Source: Octopus bimaculoides
Lineage: Eukaryota
DNA length: 47,472 nucleotides
NCBI RefSeq assembly: GCF_001194135.2
Contig: NC_068981.1
Coordinates: 86,810,277-86,857,748 of the forward strand
Direction of reading: 5' to 3'
In this document: one piece after another, positions 11,786-23,800 of the stretch
Position numbering within the stretch: the stretch's first letter is position 1
How the letters are laid out: each line of letters starts with the position of its first letter
Program-made: the position numbers and the translations under genes
The notes under the pieces: model-generated
Told to the model about the DNA's origin: nothing
The model's input: the letters and a program-made list of their open reading frames with translations, nothing else
Database searches by the model: none

Positions 11786-11852
11786 CGTAATAGCAGCAGC
11801 AGCAGCAGCAGCAGCAACAGAAGCAGCAGCAGCAGCAGCAGCAGCAGTAGTG

Positions 11853-11884
<32 letters not shown>
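11655..11884. repeat. Compound trinucleotide array (TTA)n-(TAG)n-(CAG)n-(TAG)n
   Basis: Directly visible. Confidence 0.95.
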
Positions 11885-11885
<1 letters not shown>

Positions 11886-12092
11886 AGGCGGTGAGCTGGC
11901 AGAATCGTTAGCACGCTGGACGAAATGCTTATCGGTATTTCGCTCGTCGCTACGTTCTGAGTTCAAATTCCGCCGGAGTCGACTTTGTCTTTCATCCTTC
12001 CGAGGTCGATAAATTAAGTACCAGTTGAGTACTGGGGGGTCGATATAATCGACTAGTGCCTTTCCCAAGATTTTAGGCCGTGTGCCTCTGGT
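11885..12092 (+). mobile_element. tRNA-derived SINE family B
   Basis: AAGGCGGTGAGCTGGCAGAATCGTTAGCACG...GAGTTCAAATTCCGCC; full-length-looking copy. Confidence 0.92.
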
Positions 12093-12169
12093 AGGAAGTT
12101 TTATTTAGTAACTATATAAAACCTCATTATTTCTCAAATGATTTAAATACATCATGAAATAGATACGCC

Positions 12170-12345
12170 ATATAACTATCACAACGTATCTTCTGCACTT
12201 CACAGCACCCATATCACCTCTCACACTACTTACATTATCTCCCACACTGTTCAAATCCTCTTGCTCTAGTTTTTCCTCTCTTCTCTCTCCACATTTACCT
12301 CTTGACAACACTTCTCCGTTTCTAGCATTTTCTCATCCGCAATTT
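12170..12345 (-). mobile_element. Possible RTE LINE extreme 3' coding remnant
   Basis: EDLNSVGDNVSSVRGDMGAVKCR weakly resembles the RTE C-terminal W.DSV..DL..VGGDMEAV segment. Confidence 0.35.
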
Positions 12346-12430
12346 TGTGATAAGACCTCTCCTCCCCCTCTCTCTCTTTCTACCCGTCTGTCAACCTATC
12401 TATCTATCTATCTATCTATCTATCCATCTA

Positions 12431-12464
<34 letters not shown>

Positions 12465-12863
12465 ACTATCTATCTTTATCTCACTTTCTCTCCCCCGAGG
12501 AAAGACAAGTGTGTTTGGTAATCTAAAATAATAGTTTGTGAAACTAGAACAAATATGGAAGATTGAAAATAGTGTTAACATAAAACGTGGAAGATCTCAG
12601 ACAAGAGCTGTGACGAGACCACTTGTTCAGCAATTTTCTGTTGGTAGATTATCCTACTCTACAGAACATGAATCTATGAGGAAATACGCCTAGCAAAAAA
12701 TGCAATTGCTCACATTAGTAATTGAACTATTTAATTGAGATAAAGGTGCCATCGAATTATTATATATGCACACTGTAAATAAGTTTACATGAATAAAGAT
12801 AGAGTACTCAATACGAGTGTAGCGTATGTTTATGTGTGTGTATGTATGTATATATGTATGTGT

Positions 12864-13248
12864 GGAGGCGCAATGGCCCAGTGGTTAGGGCAGCGGAATT
12901 GCGGTCATAGGGTCGCGGTTTCGATTCCCAGAAAGAGCATTGTGAGTGTTTATTGAGCGAAAACACCTAAAGCTCCACGAGGCTCCGGCAGGGGATGGTG
13001 ACGAACCTTGCTGTACTCTTTCACCACAACTTTCTCTTCTTCTTACTTCCTGTTTCTGTTGTGCCTGTAATTCAAAAGGGTCAGCCTTGTCACACTGTGT
13101 CACGCTGAATATCCCCGAGAACTACGTTAAGGGTACACGTGTCTGTGGAGTGCTCAGCCACTTGCACGTTAATTTCACGAGCAGGCTGTTCCGTTGACCG
13201 GATCAACTGGAACCCTCGATGTCGTAAGCAACGGAGTGCCAACAACAT
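12864..13248 (+). mobile_element. tRNA-derived SINE family C
   Basis: A-box TGGCCCAGTGG and B-box GGTTTCGATTCC followed by a 300-bp body; the body is the reverse complement of 30455-30699. Confidence 0.9.
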
Positions 13249-13329
13249 CATGTATGTATGCATGCATGTAAATATGCATGCATGTACGTACGTTGATATA
13301 CAAATATGTGCATGTATGTATGGCTCAAC

Positions 13330-13625
13330 AACCTTCACCGTTTGTTTTTAGTGTCTTGTTCTCATTGCCCTGTTCTTGTTAACACTTTCACCCTCCACAA
13401 AGAATCCCAAATTTTATTTAATTTGCTTTGCGGGAAGGACTGTTTCAACGAAGTCGCGTATTGTCCTTGCCTTCGAAACGCAGAGTAGATAAAACAGAGA
13501 CAACTGACGAAGAGGTATACTCTTTATGTTGCATGTCTCGTTTCTCTGTTTGTTTTTTTCGTTGTTCGAAAAAAGTTCGTTATCTATGTTTTCGTTTCTC
13601 ATAACGTATTTTTGATGTCCTGTAC
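13330..13625 (+). repeat. Interspersed repeat of uncertain class (possible Penelope-type terminal repeat)
   Basis: Recognised as an octopus-type repeat from memory only; contains CTGACGAAGAGGTATACTCT. Confidence 0.3.
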
Positions 13626-13927
13626 CTATATATANNNNNNNNNNNNNNNNNNNNNNNNNNNNNNNNNNNNNNNNNNNNNNNNNNNNNNNNNNNNNNNNNN
13701 NNNNNNNNNNNNNNNNNNNNNNNNNNNNNNNNNNNNNNNNNNNNNNNNNNNNNNNNNNNNNNNNNNNNNNNNNNNNNNNNNNNNNNNNNNNNNNNNNNNN
13801 NNNNNNNNNNNNNNNNNNNNNNNNNNNNNNNNNNNNNNNNNNNNNNNNNNNNNNNNGAGAGAGAGAGAGAGAGGGAGAGAGAGAGAGGGGGGAGAGGATA
13901 ACTAGATAGACAGACAGACAGACAGAC

Positions 13928-13981
<54 letters not shown>

Positions 13982-14519
13982 GAAAATGTTAGTTTCATGA
14001 CAGTTAAGAATTAATCAATCATCGGATGATGTAAGACCAGCGACCTTCAACAGGGGTACCTTGTATGTTCATATATGCGTGGATACAGATGCGCGTGTGT
14101 GTGTGTGTGTGCGTGCGCGCGCGAGTATATGTGTGTATGACTGTAAGTGTATTTGTGTTGAGTGTGCTAGTCAATAGTTCGCATATTTACTAAACATTGA
14201 TTTCCAGACTGTATGCTCTACTAAATTTGTAAGCTTTTATTGTCATCTAGCGAGCTAACCGCTTTCACTAACATCACTTTGCGTAATTCTTATCTTAATG
14301 AGTCATGAGTAAGTGTCGTCTATCACCACAAACAATTGCTTTAAAATCATTCTTAGTAGTAGTAGTAGTAGTAGTGGTTGTAGCAGTATTGATAACTCCA
14401 GTTGTATAATCCTATTTGTTGCTCGTTTTGAATCCGACTCTACACTGGACATACTATGTAAATCTCTTTCCGTAACTTCAGTAACATTTTCCTAACAATA
14501 TCTTTCGAAACTCGTTACA

Positions 14520-14900
14520 GTAAGCTGCAAGAAGATAGAGATACTTAACAACAACTACCTTTCTCACACCTCGAATCTCCTTCACTCCTTAATAACTTCT
14601 AGTACTGTTTTCCTAAAATTAAAACAGGTTCTTCTAGAATCTATTGTCCGATGTCGTTCACCTGTATACTAAAGCCCACGAGAATGTTGAGGAAAACAGT
14701 GTTGTCAAATTTAACAACAGTAAAGCATTCGACCAAATCTGACAAGCAAAATTGTCTGCTCGTGGTCTCCCATCCTCTCGTCTTCGAGATCGGAGGCTTA
14801 GTATCGGATTACACAAGGGCAGCATGTACTGATGAAGATTTCTTTGGTTAACACTGTTAGCTCTAGTGCTTCCATGCTAGGGTTTGTTCTCTACTTTCTC

Positions 14901-14935
<35 letters not shown>

Positions 14936-15200
14936 ACGACCTACTTGCTGATGATATCAACCTTCATCTGTTTCTAACCTTCCTCAACCAAGAGTCGTTC
15001 CCATACAGTTTAAACCTGCACTTAGTTCATCTACAGAAACCTCGAAACTATTCGGCAATGCTATGCAAATTTTGATTTCTTGATTGGTGTAGTTGCACGT
15101 ATCATATGGAGCTAGTCTCGATTGCTACTTGGCAATTATGACACATGAATCAAGAATTAATACTGTATGTCATTTGATATACCTGTGTGGCAATGTTGTT
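14520..15200 (+). mobile_element. CR1/L2-group LINE reverse transcriptase fragment, degenerate
   Basis: SKAFDQI at about 14719 and YINDLLADDINL at about 14930 (DLSKAFD...FLIYINDL..ADD), with a (TA)n expansion inside the IY codons. Confidence 0.7.
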
Positions 15201-15208
15201 CAAATATG

Positions 15209-15252
<44 letters not shown>

Positions 15253-15350
15253 TGCAAGTTTACACATACATTACTATGAGAGTGTGCGTGTGTTTGGTTC
15301 AGATGTGTGTGAGAACAGAAAAATTTGTGTTTTTGTGAATTTCTTACCTT

Positions 15351-15395
<45 letters not shown>

Positions 15396-15693
15396 GCACA
15401 CACACACACATACATATATATACATATATATATTGTATATATTTGTGATTGCATACATACATACAATATGTACGTACATAAAATATATACGTTTCACATG
15501 ATAGGAAGCAACTACTTTCAAAATAGATACTCAAAAGACTTTCTAATTAATATATCTTTCAGAGCTATTTGAGCACTTCAAGCATTTATTGAAACACCAA
15601 ATAATGACACTGCTGTACCTTGAGAAGATATAAATCATATGTAATGAGCTTTCTATCCTTGTGCTATGTAATTCAAATTACAGTGTAAATATA

Positions 15694-15772
15694 CATATAT
15701 GCAAACATGCATACATGCAAACATGCATACATGCAAACATGCATACATGCAAACATGCATACATGCAAACAT
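15694..15772. repeat. 16-bp minisatellite CATGCAAACATGCATA, about 4.5 units
   Basis: Directly visible. Confidence 0.9.
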
Positions 15773-16224
15773 ACATACATACATACACCCACGCACACAC
15801 ACACACACACACACATACACACACACACATATATATATATAGGTTAGCCCAAACGTAGGTTTACAGTTATCATGTAGGCACTTTAAATTTCTTTTAAAAC
15901 GTTATAACATTTAAATTTCTATCTTACAAACTGAAAAGGGAGCTTGACAAAATTAACTAAATTAGCGGAGAATAATGGTTTCATATCATTTTGTAATTAA
16001 GATCTAAACTGTTAATATATGAATGCGAAAGAGATAGTTGAATAACTGTAAACCTACTTTTGAGCCATCCTGTATGTGTGTGTGTATGTACGTTTGGCGT
16101 TATCTCCCTAGATCTAGGCGATGGTTTATATATATATATATATATATATATACGTTTTAATTTAAAATAAATTTTGACCAGCCACCTGTTTGCTACCAAG
16201 GTCTTGAAGGAAGTAAAATATCTT

Positions 16225-16860
16225 GTTTTGTTCATCATCCTTTAATTTCTAAGAAGCTCTTAAACATTTTTATACTCCCTGATATCGTGATCATTTGTAG
16301 TGTATGCATTACGAATTTGCATTCTCTTCCCAACAACCCAAGATCAGGCATACCTCGCTCCTGGCAGGCTGGTATGTATCCTGTTTCTCCAATAAAAATA
16401 GGTATAAAGCTGACATTGTGTCTTGGGTACAGGATTTGCAAACTTCTTATCAGTGGTCCATAGATGTCCTCTTTCTCTTGTATTTTGCTTACCACACTGG
16501 TGTCCAGCGGTCAGCTGGTTTCCAGAACAGGAAAAACCCTTTCCTTGTGGTTCCACTAAAACAATATCTGGTCGGTTTTGTTTTAACTAGGTAGTTATTT
16601 TGATTTTTAAGTTCCACCTGTATTCTTTTGACCCATTGGCCTCAATATAGTTAAGTTCATCGGTAGATACTTTCTCTTTTTTCATCCTGTTCCAGACTGT
16701 TCCTATATGTGAATATGTGGGCAATTGGATATGCGCTCATATGTGCTATATAGTGAATATTTGTGTCCACCATTCTGCCAAAAGAGTTGTTTTTTTCCTG
16801 GTGCTATACAAACATTATAGATTGTCTGAATTTCATTGAGCTCACATCGACGAGGATAAG
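16225..16860 (-). mobile_element. Restriction-like-endonuclease non-LTR retrotransposon 3' fragment (R4/NeSL-like; family distinct from 10626)
   Basis: EYRWNLKIK..., NKTDQILF*WNHKEK (degenerate KPDIV.W), SKIQEKEDIYGPLIRSLQILYPRHNVSFIPIFIGETGYIP...SGSIKMFKSFL. Confidence 0.75.
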
Positions 16861-17559
16861 TAATGATGTTATCTATCTCTTATCAATGAGCCTTGTACAC
16901 GTCATGCTAGACTTGTATCCAGGGTGTATGTAGAAAATAGAACACTCTATTGTTAGCAAATATTTATAGATAGCCAGTGTTCTTAATTCAATAGTTATTT
17001 TTGATGGAGAGACAAGGCAGAATAACATAAAAAATATAAAACTGTTGCATAAAGAAATAGTTTTAATTAAAATATATATATATATATAGAAAATATGGTA
17101 GCGATAACTCGATGCTTTTGATGTTTCACAAATACACACTGAGACACTCAGACACAAACACACAAACACAGAGAGCATGTATGTATGTATGTATGTATGT
17201 ATGTATGTATGTATGTATGTATGTATGTATGCATGTATTTATGTATACATGACAAGAATAGAAAGTAAACCAAGCTTTTGAACGCAGTCTGGCTTATACA
17301 AGAGATATGTGGTCGTCATAATAGGTCATTAAAGATAAAAAATCATTAGTAACTATGAGTAGCAATTTTGAGATCTTATCTATATGTCTGCTGTGAAGCA
17401 TTATGGCATTTCATTACACCTGCTTATGACAATCTGAAGGCTTTAGGCCTAACTGCAATTTAACCTTACCGATATATACTTATTATAATAGTTATGCTCT
17501 GTTGTTTTTTGTGTGTATGAGTCAATGCCTTTTTTTTATAGCACTCAAAAAGATTACCA

Positions 17560-18330
17560 GAACAATGATTCAAGATTTGTTTTCATCATTCTTCCCCGCC
17601 TTCAAAGAATATTGTTAGGCTAAGATCTTAAAAAATAAGGCTTGCTTCTTGGGGGCAATGCTCCATGTTATCCATCTAACCTAGATAACCTGCCAGATAC
17701 TACTCAAATATTTGTTCGACATTGAAATATAATCAACTTTATTCAACTCTACAGTCAGAATTTTTTTATGGCCAATCTTTAAGTCTTAGATGCTGAAACT
17801 ATACCAAATGTAATGGTGAAGTTACTATATCATGAAAGCCATTGAAAATTTGAAGGCATGGTAAGAAGTGAAAACGAGCACAATGAATTTTATCTTGAGT
17901 AAAATCGATCCGGAGGACAGCATTGCAGATTTCCTGGGTTTTAAGGAGCCCATAAAAAATTTTCATCAGGAGATTGTTGGATTGACAGAAGAGGTTGTAT
18001 TTTATGAAATAAACGAAGTAGAGTAGTTACTTGGATGGTATGAGGAACAAATATCTAATGGGAACCTTCTAGGAAAGGAACAATATCATGCTGAAGAGGA
18101 AGATTTGAAAGTGAGGAGGCAGGATCATCACGAATTTTATCAATTAAAGATTTACCCGATGTTTTCCAGGTTTTTGGTCGAACTAAGACCATTTTCATTG
18201 AAAATTGTTCCTCAAAGACAGAGAATTATATACGAAAACAGTTTAATAAGGAGTGGAAGGAAATATAACAAGGAATTATATAAACAGAAGAAAAAAATTA
18301 ACTGCAAACCTTGGAATGGTCTTTTGAGTA
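17560..18330 (+). mobile_element. Tigger/pogo (DDE_1) transposase remnant
   Basis: LLLGGNAPCYPSNLDNLP (LLLLDNAP.HP), then DFLGFKEPIKNFHQEIVGLTEEVVFYEINEVE*LLGWYEEQISNGNL, typical of the Tigger C-terminus; many stops. Confidence 0.75.
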
Positions 18331-19480
18331 AATAATTTTCTTATGGGTTCATATTAACCTTTCTCAAATGTCTGTACAGCACACTTATATTTCAATGTTT
18401 AACATTACAAGTATTTTGAGCTTTTATTTAGATGTTTGTTGATGTTTTGTGACGAGGAATGTAGCTCCTCTTTATATCATTGAGCCTTGGGAAAAATTAG
18501 TTTCGCTCTGCATAGTTTCACTTGTCACACTTCTCATTGACATATCAGCAAACTTAAGTATGGATGACTGTATAACATACAATTTTTAAAATCTTAGGTA
18601 GTGTTAAATTCAATGCAGAGTGCATTTATAAACTAATTAATAACTACGCATGCGGTTATTAATAACTACGCAGCAACAATGTGAGTTAATGAAATAATTA
18701 ACCATTTATCTAGTAAGTATGGGAGACAACTACGTGTATGTTTTTATACCATTTTGACATCATTAGTGAAGGGTAGCCAACAGTGTACTTGCAGAATTAG
18801 TAATAATGAAAGGTCCAATAAGTAACTGTAAATGTCTGTATTTTTTGTTCTGGAAATATATTTGTCTTAGGAGTAAATAATTAAAAGTCGCTATCCATAT
18901 TATATTAGCTTTTTGTGTGATATTGCATAATACCACACTGCATAGTTGTTTCTACTTAAATTTTTAATAATTTCTTGGTAAAATATGTTAGCATCACCTA
19001 GACTGTTGGTTTTCATTTCATGCAATTTGTATTTTTAAAAAGGGATGAATATATACGAAGGATTGTTGAATATAATGCACCACGAAAGCAGATGGGATAG
19101 AGACATCAGGAATGCAGACGAACGATGAAAATTCAGCTCAAAATAAGGTTCAAAGAAACACGCAGTTCAATACATGTTGATGAAATGTGTAAGAGAAATC
19201 TCTGCACGAAACACACTTTAAAACCTCTAAAAGGGCAAACGTGCTCTAATATAATCCTCGTAAACACCATTAGTAACACATTAACGTGCCTCATTACAGA
19301 AATCATGACAACAGCAACAACTATAACAATGAAAAGCAAAGTATCGATTTTATCTCCCTTCTCAGCGCTTCAGTTCTGCACAGAGGTTTTTAAAAGAGTT
19401 ACTGTAGCATTTCACATCCAATAAGTAAAATATGTTAATACATTACAAAATTTTAAAAATTCTGTACAATTCTGTACATA

Positions 19481-19639
19481 AGCGCAGGAGTGGCTGTGTG
19501 GTATGAAGCTTGCTTCCCAACCACATGCTTCCGGGTTCAATCCCACTGCGTGGAGCATTGGGCAAGTGTCTTCTACTGTAGCCTCGGGCCGACCAAAGCC
19601 TTGTGAGTGGATTTGGTTGACGGAAACTGAAAGAAGCTT

Positions 19640-19684
<45 letters not shown>

Positions 19685-19911
19685 GTATGTGTGTTTTTGT
19701 TATTTGTGTCTGTGTTTGTCCCCCTACCATCGCTTGAAAACTGATGTTGGTGTGTTTACGTCCCCGTAACTTAGCAGTTCGGCAAAAGAGACCGATAGAA
19801 CAAGTACTAGGCTTCCAAAGAATATGTCCTGGGGTCGATTTGTTCGACTAAAGGCGGTGCCCCAGCATGGCCGCAGTCAAATGACTGAAACAAGTAAAAG
19901 AATAAAAGAAT
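19481..19911 (+). mobile_element. tRNA-derived SINE family A, full length
   Basis: A-box-like TGGCTGTGTGG, B-box GGTTCAATCCC, internal (TA)n/(TG) tract, 3' (TAAAAGAA) tail. Confidence 0.93.
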
Positions 19912-20309
19912 AAACTTATTCCCTAAAAACACCTTTGTGGAACTAAATGATGTTATTATCACACACGGCATTCACGCTGCGATAGTTCATTTAACTCTTT
20001 TTTCAACCACAACCCAGAACTCTTCAAATCCGTAATTACACACCTGGCATGACATGAAATGGCAAATTCCTATGGAGACTTCATAGCAGTCATTATTTCC
20101 AGTACACTGATGCTACAAACAGCTCTCAAACGTTAACAGGCATACGAAGCACATTAATATAAACGCACACACATACATACACATGTGAACACATACACAC
20201 ACACATGCTCACACACGCATAGAGGTTTAAGCAAAAAAAAAAACAGATTTTTTCAAACATCGCGCCAGCCGACAGATGTAACGTGTTTGCGAATGCAATG
20301 CTGTGTATA

Positions 20310-20366
20310 GGTGACCTTGACCATTGCAGCATGTTTGAGAGTGCGATGTTGTCGGTGACCTTGACC
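20310..20366 (-). promoter_or_regulatory. Candidate paired nuclear-receptor sites (TCAAGGTCA, ERR / NR5A-FTZ-F1 type)
   Basis: Identical 13-mer GGTGACCTTGACC at 20310-20322 and 20354-20366; its reverse complement contains TCAAGGTCA. Motif evidence only. Confidence 0.3.
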
Positions 20367-21419
20367 TTCACCCTTTCATGGATGATTTAACACTGAATGA
20401 TAAAAGATTGACTTGAATTGTGATTGCAATACCAGTTAATGTAAATCTATGTGAAAGGGTTACAATGCTAAGCATGAGTCTTTATTGTTCATAGTTAGTC
20501 AAAGGAGAAATGATGTCCATAACTTTTAAAAGCTTTCTCAAACTGTTGAGATTCATGTAGCTAATGCTCACCGAGAACATTTGTAAGTCTATTTCTGCAG
20601 GGAAAACGTGGGTAGAAAGGAAATAGCGAGGTTGGTCCGAATGATTAAAATGGAGTTATCTCCCTAGATCGAGGCGATGGTATTAGAGCGGGTAGCATTA
20701 GGCTACTAAATGAAGAGCTTCACTGTGTTATTATGTATTGAAGCATGAGACAAGAACAAAACATCAACTCGCTCATCATAGATATATCTTTCAAATTTCA
20801 AGAATACCACTGATTATATCATACATACTTCTGGCGATGCAACGATTTTACTAAATATTTTCACGTTATTTTGGCAGTGCTAAAAATACTTTAGACTCGA
20901 ACAGCTGCAGATATTTAAAAGTATAAAATTCTTTTCCCATATCTATAAAGAAGATTGTAGCCTTTTACTTGTCTTCTCACGAAATGATTCAATGCACTAA
21001 CCTATCTAAATTGCACTATCTCAATCTTTCGTTCTCCCAATGTACATTATATGTAATTTTTAACTCCAAAATCGCACAATTCTCAAATTTCACTCCCTTT
21101 TGCTTATTCATATGAAACATTCATTGAATTAATATTTTGAAAACTCTGCATTAGTCGTATAAACATTCAAGGACCCTCAACGTTCTAATATATGAAAATA
21201 AAACCTACGAACTAGGAACGGCTCAAAACGCTTTTGAAACATGTGCTCTAGCATGAAGAAAATTTAATGTGATGGAAGTTCTTTCTAACTTAAATTTTTC
21301 ACTGGATTATCAAATATGTAAGAAGTAACAAACTTTCCAATGTTTCTTATATAGGAAAAGAAAACTAATAAGCGACATAAAAAACTTACAGAGAACTACA
21401 ATATCATGATTCTGATACT

Positions 21420-21540
21420 GGTACAAGGTCAGCAATTTTGAGGGGAGGGTTAAGATTAGTCGATGCCTCATTATTTAACTGTTATTTACTTACTCAGAGA
21501 GGATGAGAGGCAATAGTCTCAACGAATCCAAAACGCAGGT
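21420..21540 (-). mobile_element. Old, degenerate SINE family B fragment
   Basis: GGTACAAGGTCAGCAATTTTGAGGGGAGGG...GGATGAGAGGCAA resembles the reverse complement of the B 3' half. Confidence 0.55.
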
Positions 21541-21892
21541 ACAAATGCCACAATTTATTTTCTCTCGCGCTCTAACGATTGTGCCAGCTCACCACCAAAG
21601 ACTACTAACGTTCCTAGACATGAAACATGAACAAGTTTCGTCTCATAATTCAACTGCCGTCGCCATTTAGATGTAACATTTTCAACGGTACATGTATGAA
21701 ACAGGTTTTAAGTCTAGACGTAAAAGAGAACATCAACATATTTTTGAATTTTAAATACAGTTGCTTTATGAAAAAAAATCTAAATAATTTCAGTATTATA
21801 TAATGTCTGGTGTGCAGTTATACTCACAGATAAAGCTTCAGCTCTGGAAGTACAACAAACAACTAATCAGCTACGTTTGCACTTTTTAAAAA

Positions 21893-22202
21893 AATATCTT
21901 AGCCTTTGTCCGCCGAGGTTGACTTTGCCTTTCATCCTTTCGGGGTCGATAGATTGAGTACCAGTTGCGTACTGGTGTCGATCTAATTGACTGCCCCTCC
22001 TCCCCCAAAATTTCGGTCCTTATGCCTAGAGTAGAAAATAATATCTTAGCCTTTGTCCGCCGAGGTCGACTTTGCCTTTCATCCTTTCGTGATCGATAGA
22101 TTAAGTACCAGTTGCGTACTGGGGTCGATCTAATTGACTGGCCCCCTCTCCCAAAATTTCGGTCCTTATGCCTAGAGTAGAAAAGAATATCTTAACCTTT
22201 GT
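21893..22202 (+). mobile_element. Tandem pair of 5'-truncated SINE B copies with three copies of a 17-bp target-site duplication
   Basis: AATATCTTAGCCTTTGT at 21893-21909 and 22040-22056, AATATCTTAACCTTTGT at 22186-22202; both SINE copies start at CCGCCGAGG. Confidence 0.92.
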
Positions 22203-22604
22203 TAATTGTCATCTTCATTACTTTGTGAGTCCGCAAGTTTTTTGCTTTAGTCCTTCATCGTTATCTTGATGCTTGTGTTTCTTTCTGATTTTCTTAACAT
22301 TTCATCAATTACTTTTTTAAAATATTTCTTGTTTTAACGTCTGTGAAGCATTCCTTTTCGATTTTCCAACGCTATTTTTTCTTTCGCCCCCTCACTTTGT
22401 TTCTATTTTGTAGATTTTTATTAATCATTATTAGTTCACGTTTAGACATAGCTCATTTTCATTGTAAATTTTCTACCTCATTTCTACTTCATAATTGTTT
22501 AGAAATTCGATACAAATAGAGCAAAAATTGGTCTCGCGCATGAAAGGCCAAACTTTTCGCTTTCTATTAATTCTGATTGATTTTGAAGATCATAGTAAAA
22601 AATT

Positions 22605-22660
<56 letters not shown>

Positions 22661-23019
22661 ATATATTATATAAATTTTTGGTTTACATAAATTTATTCTA
22701 TTTAAATGTTTGTACTTATTTTAATTAGTTCTGTTACTTTTCTAATAAGACTCACGTTTCTTTTTTATTAGGATATTTTCTCTCGCAGGACGTTTGATTA
22801 TTATTGATGCTTGTGTTAGCATTACTTTCTTTTCTTTTCTCCACTCACCCAAAAAGTGGTAATGAGAGAAACCTCAAACATTGCATGATTGCATGCTCGT
22901 ACTTAAATGCTATAAAAAATAAAAGTGCATGTAACCTGGGATCTTTTTTAATCGAAGCGCAGGATCATTAATATCTTTTCACCTTTAAATTGGTTCGACT
23001 TCGTGTACTGGTCTTATTG

Positions 23020-23056
23020 TGGAAGCGCAATGGCCTAGTGATTAGGGCAGCGGAAC
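23020..23056 (+). mobile_element. SINE family C head fragment
   Basis: GTGGAAGCGCAATGGCCTAGTGATTAGGGCAGCGGAA matches the start of the 12864 copy. Confidence 0.75.
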
Positions 23057-23559
23057 AAGAAATCATCCATTAAGTTTTATCAGCTTTTAAATCAAGTCCC
23101 AGTGCTGGATGTTCAATAACCAAATGAAGGGCAGATTTTCAATCCCGGGATCATCCTGATTCCAAAAAGGTATATATCTATGTAGAGCAAATGTAGACTG
23201 AGATACAAGGGTCCCAGACGGAGAGACAGCATTTCGCTTTCATACAAGGGGAGGTGAGGTGATTCTTTTGCAGTTGGCAATGTTATACTTAGTGCTTTCA
23301 GTTTTATGAATTATGAATTCACATTTATACCCATAATAATTGGTAATTTGGTTTTGTGAATAAATGCTTAAGCAACAACCTAGATAAGCTAGGATTTTCA
23401 GAAAAAAATCAACCAAAGTAACTCACATTTTACAATCCAATCTCTAAGTTGAACAGTAAAAATATGGAAGAATTCAGTCAAGTTTAAAATGTAACGTTGT
23501 TTTTGTTATCTGCATTCCAACGTTGGAGCTAGAAACCAGCTCCTTTCTCAGAAGATGGA

Positions 23560-23800
23560 CTTAAATAATTAAGAACAGAAGAGAACATTCATCCATAAAC
23601 ACGTACAAAAACGTTCATAGAACAAAAAAGAAAACTATTGAACAAAAGAGATAGCGAAGCCCTAAAACCTCCAGAATCGACCGAAAATGTCAATTATGTC
23701 ACATGTCTGTAGAAGACATCATACTCTTTGTTCTGCAGCTGCTACTATCTGACATTGTTGCTAAAATAATATGCAATGTCATCAATAGAAGGGGTTGCCT
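23560..23800 (+). mobile_element. REL-type non-LTR retrotransposon zinc-knuckle fragment
   Basis: KCQLCHMSVEDII...DIVAKIICNVINRR resembles the C..C...H..C / RHD.VAK region of R4/NeSL elements. Confidence 0.5.

Noticed and set aside
9687-12068. Poly-N, poly-L, poly-Y, poly-I, poly-S and poly-T ORFs
   Set aside because: Translations of trinucleotide microsatellites.
12864-12935. tRNA gene-like sequence (also 19481, 45062, 11885)
   Set aside because: A and B boxes are present, but there is no closed acceptor stem or poly-T terminator and each continues into a SINE body seen in several copies.
13505-13530. Hammerhead-like CTGACGA-AGAG-GTATA-CTCT
   Set aside because: Stem II is followed by TTATG rather than the required GAAA.
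19125-19424. 99-aa ORF
   Set aside because: No motif, no splice signals tying it to other exons; length expected by chance.
21893-22202. Repeat-spacer-repeat pattern as a CRISPR array
   Set aside because: The spacers are near-identical SINE copies in a eukaryotic context; the repeats are TSDs.
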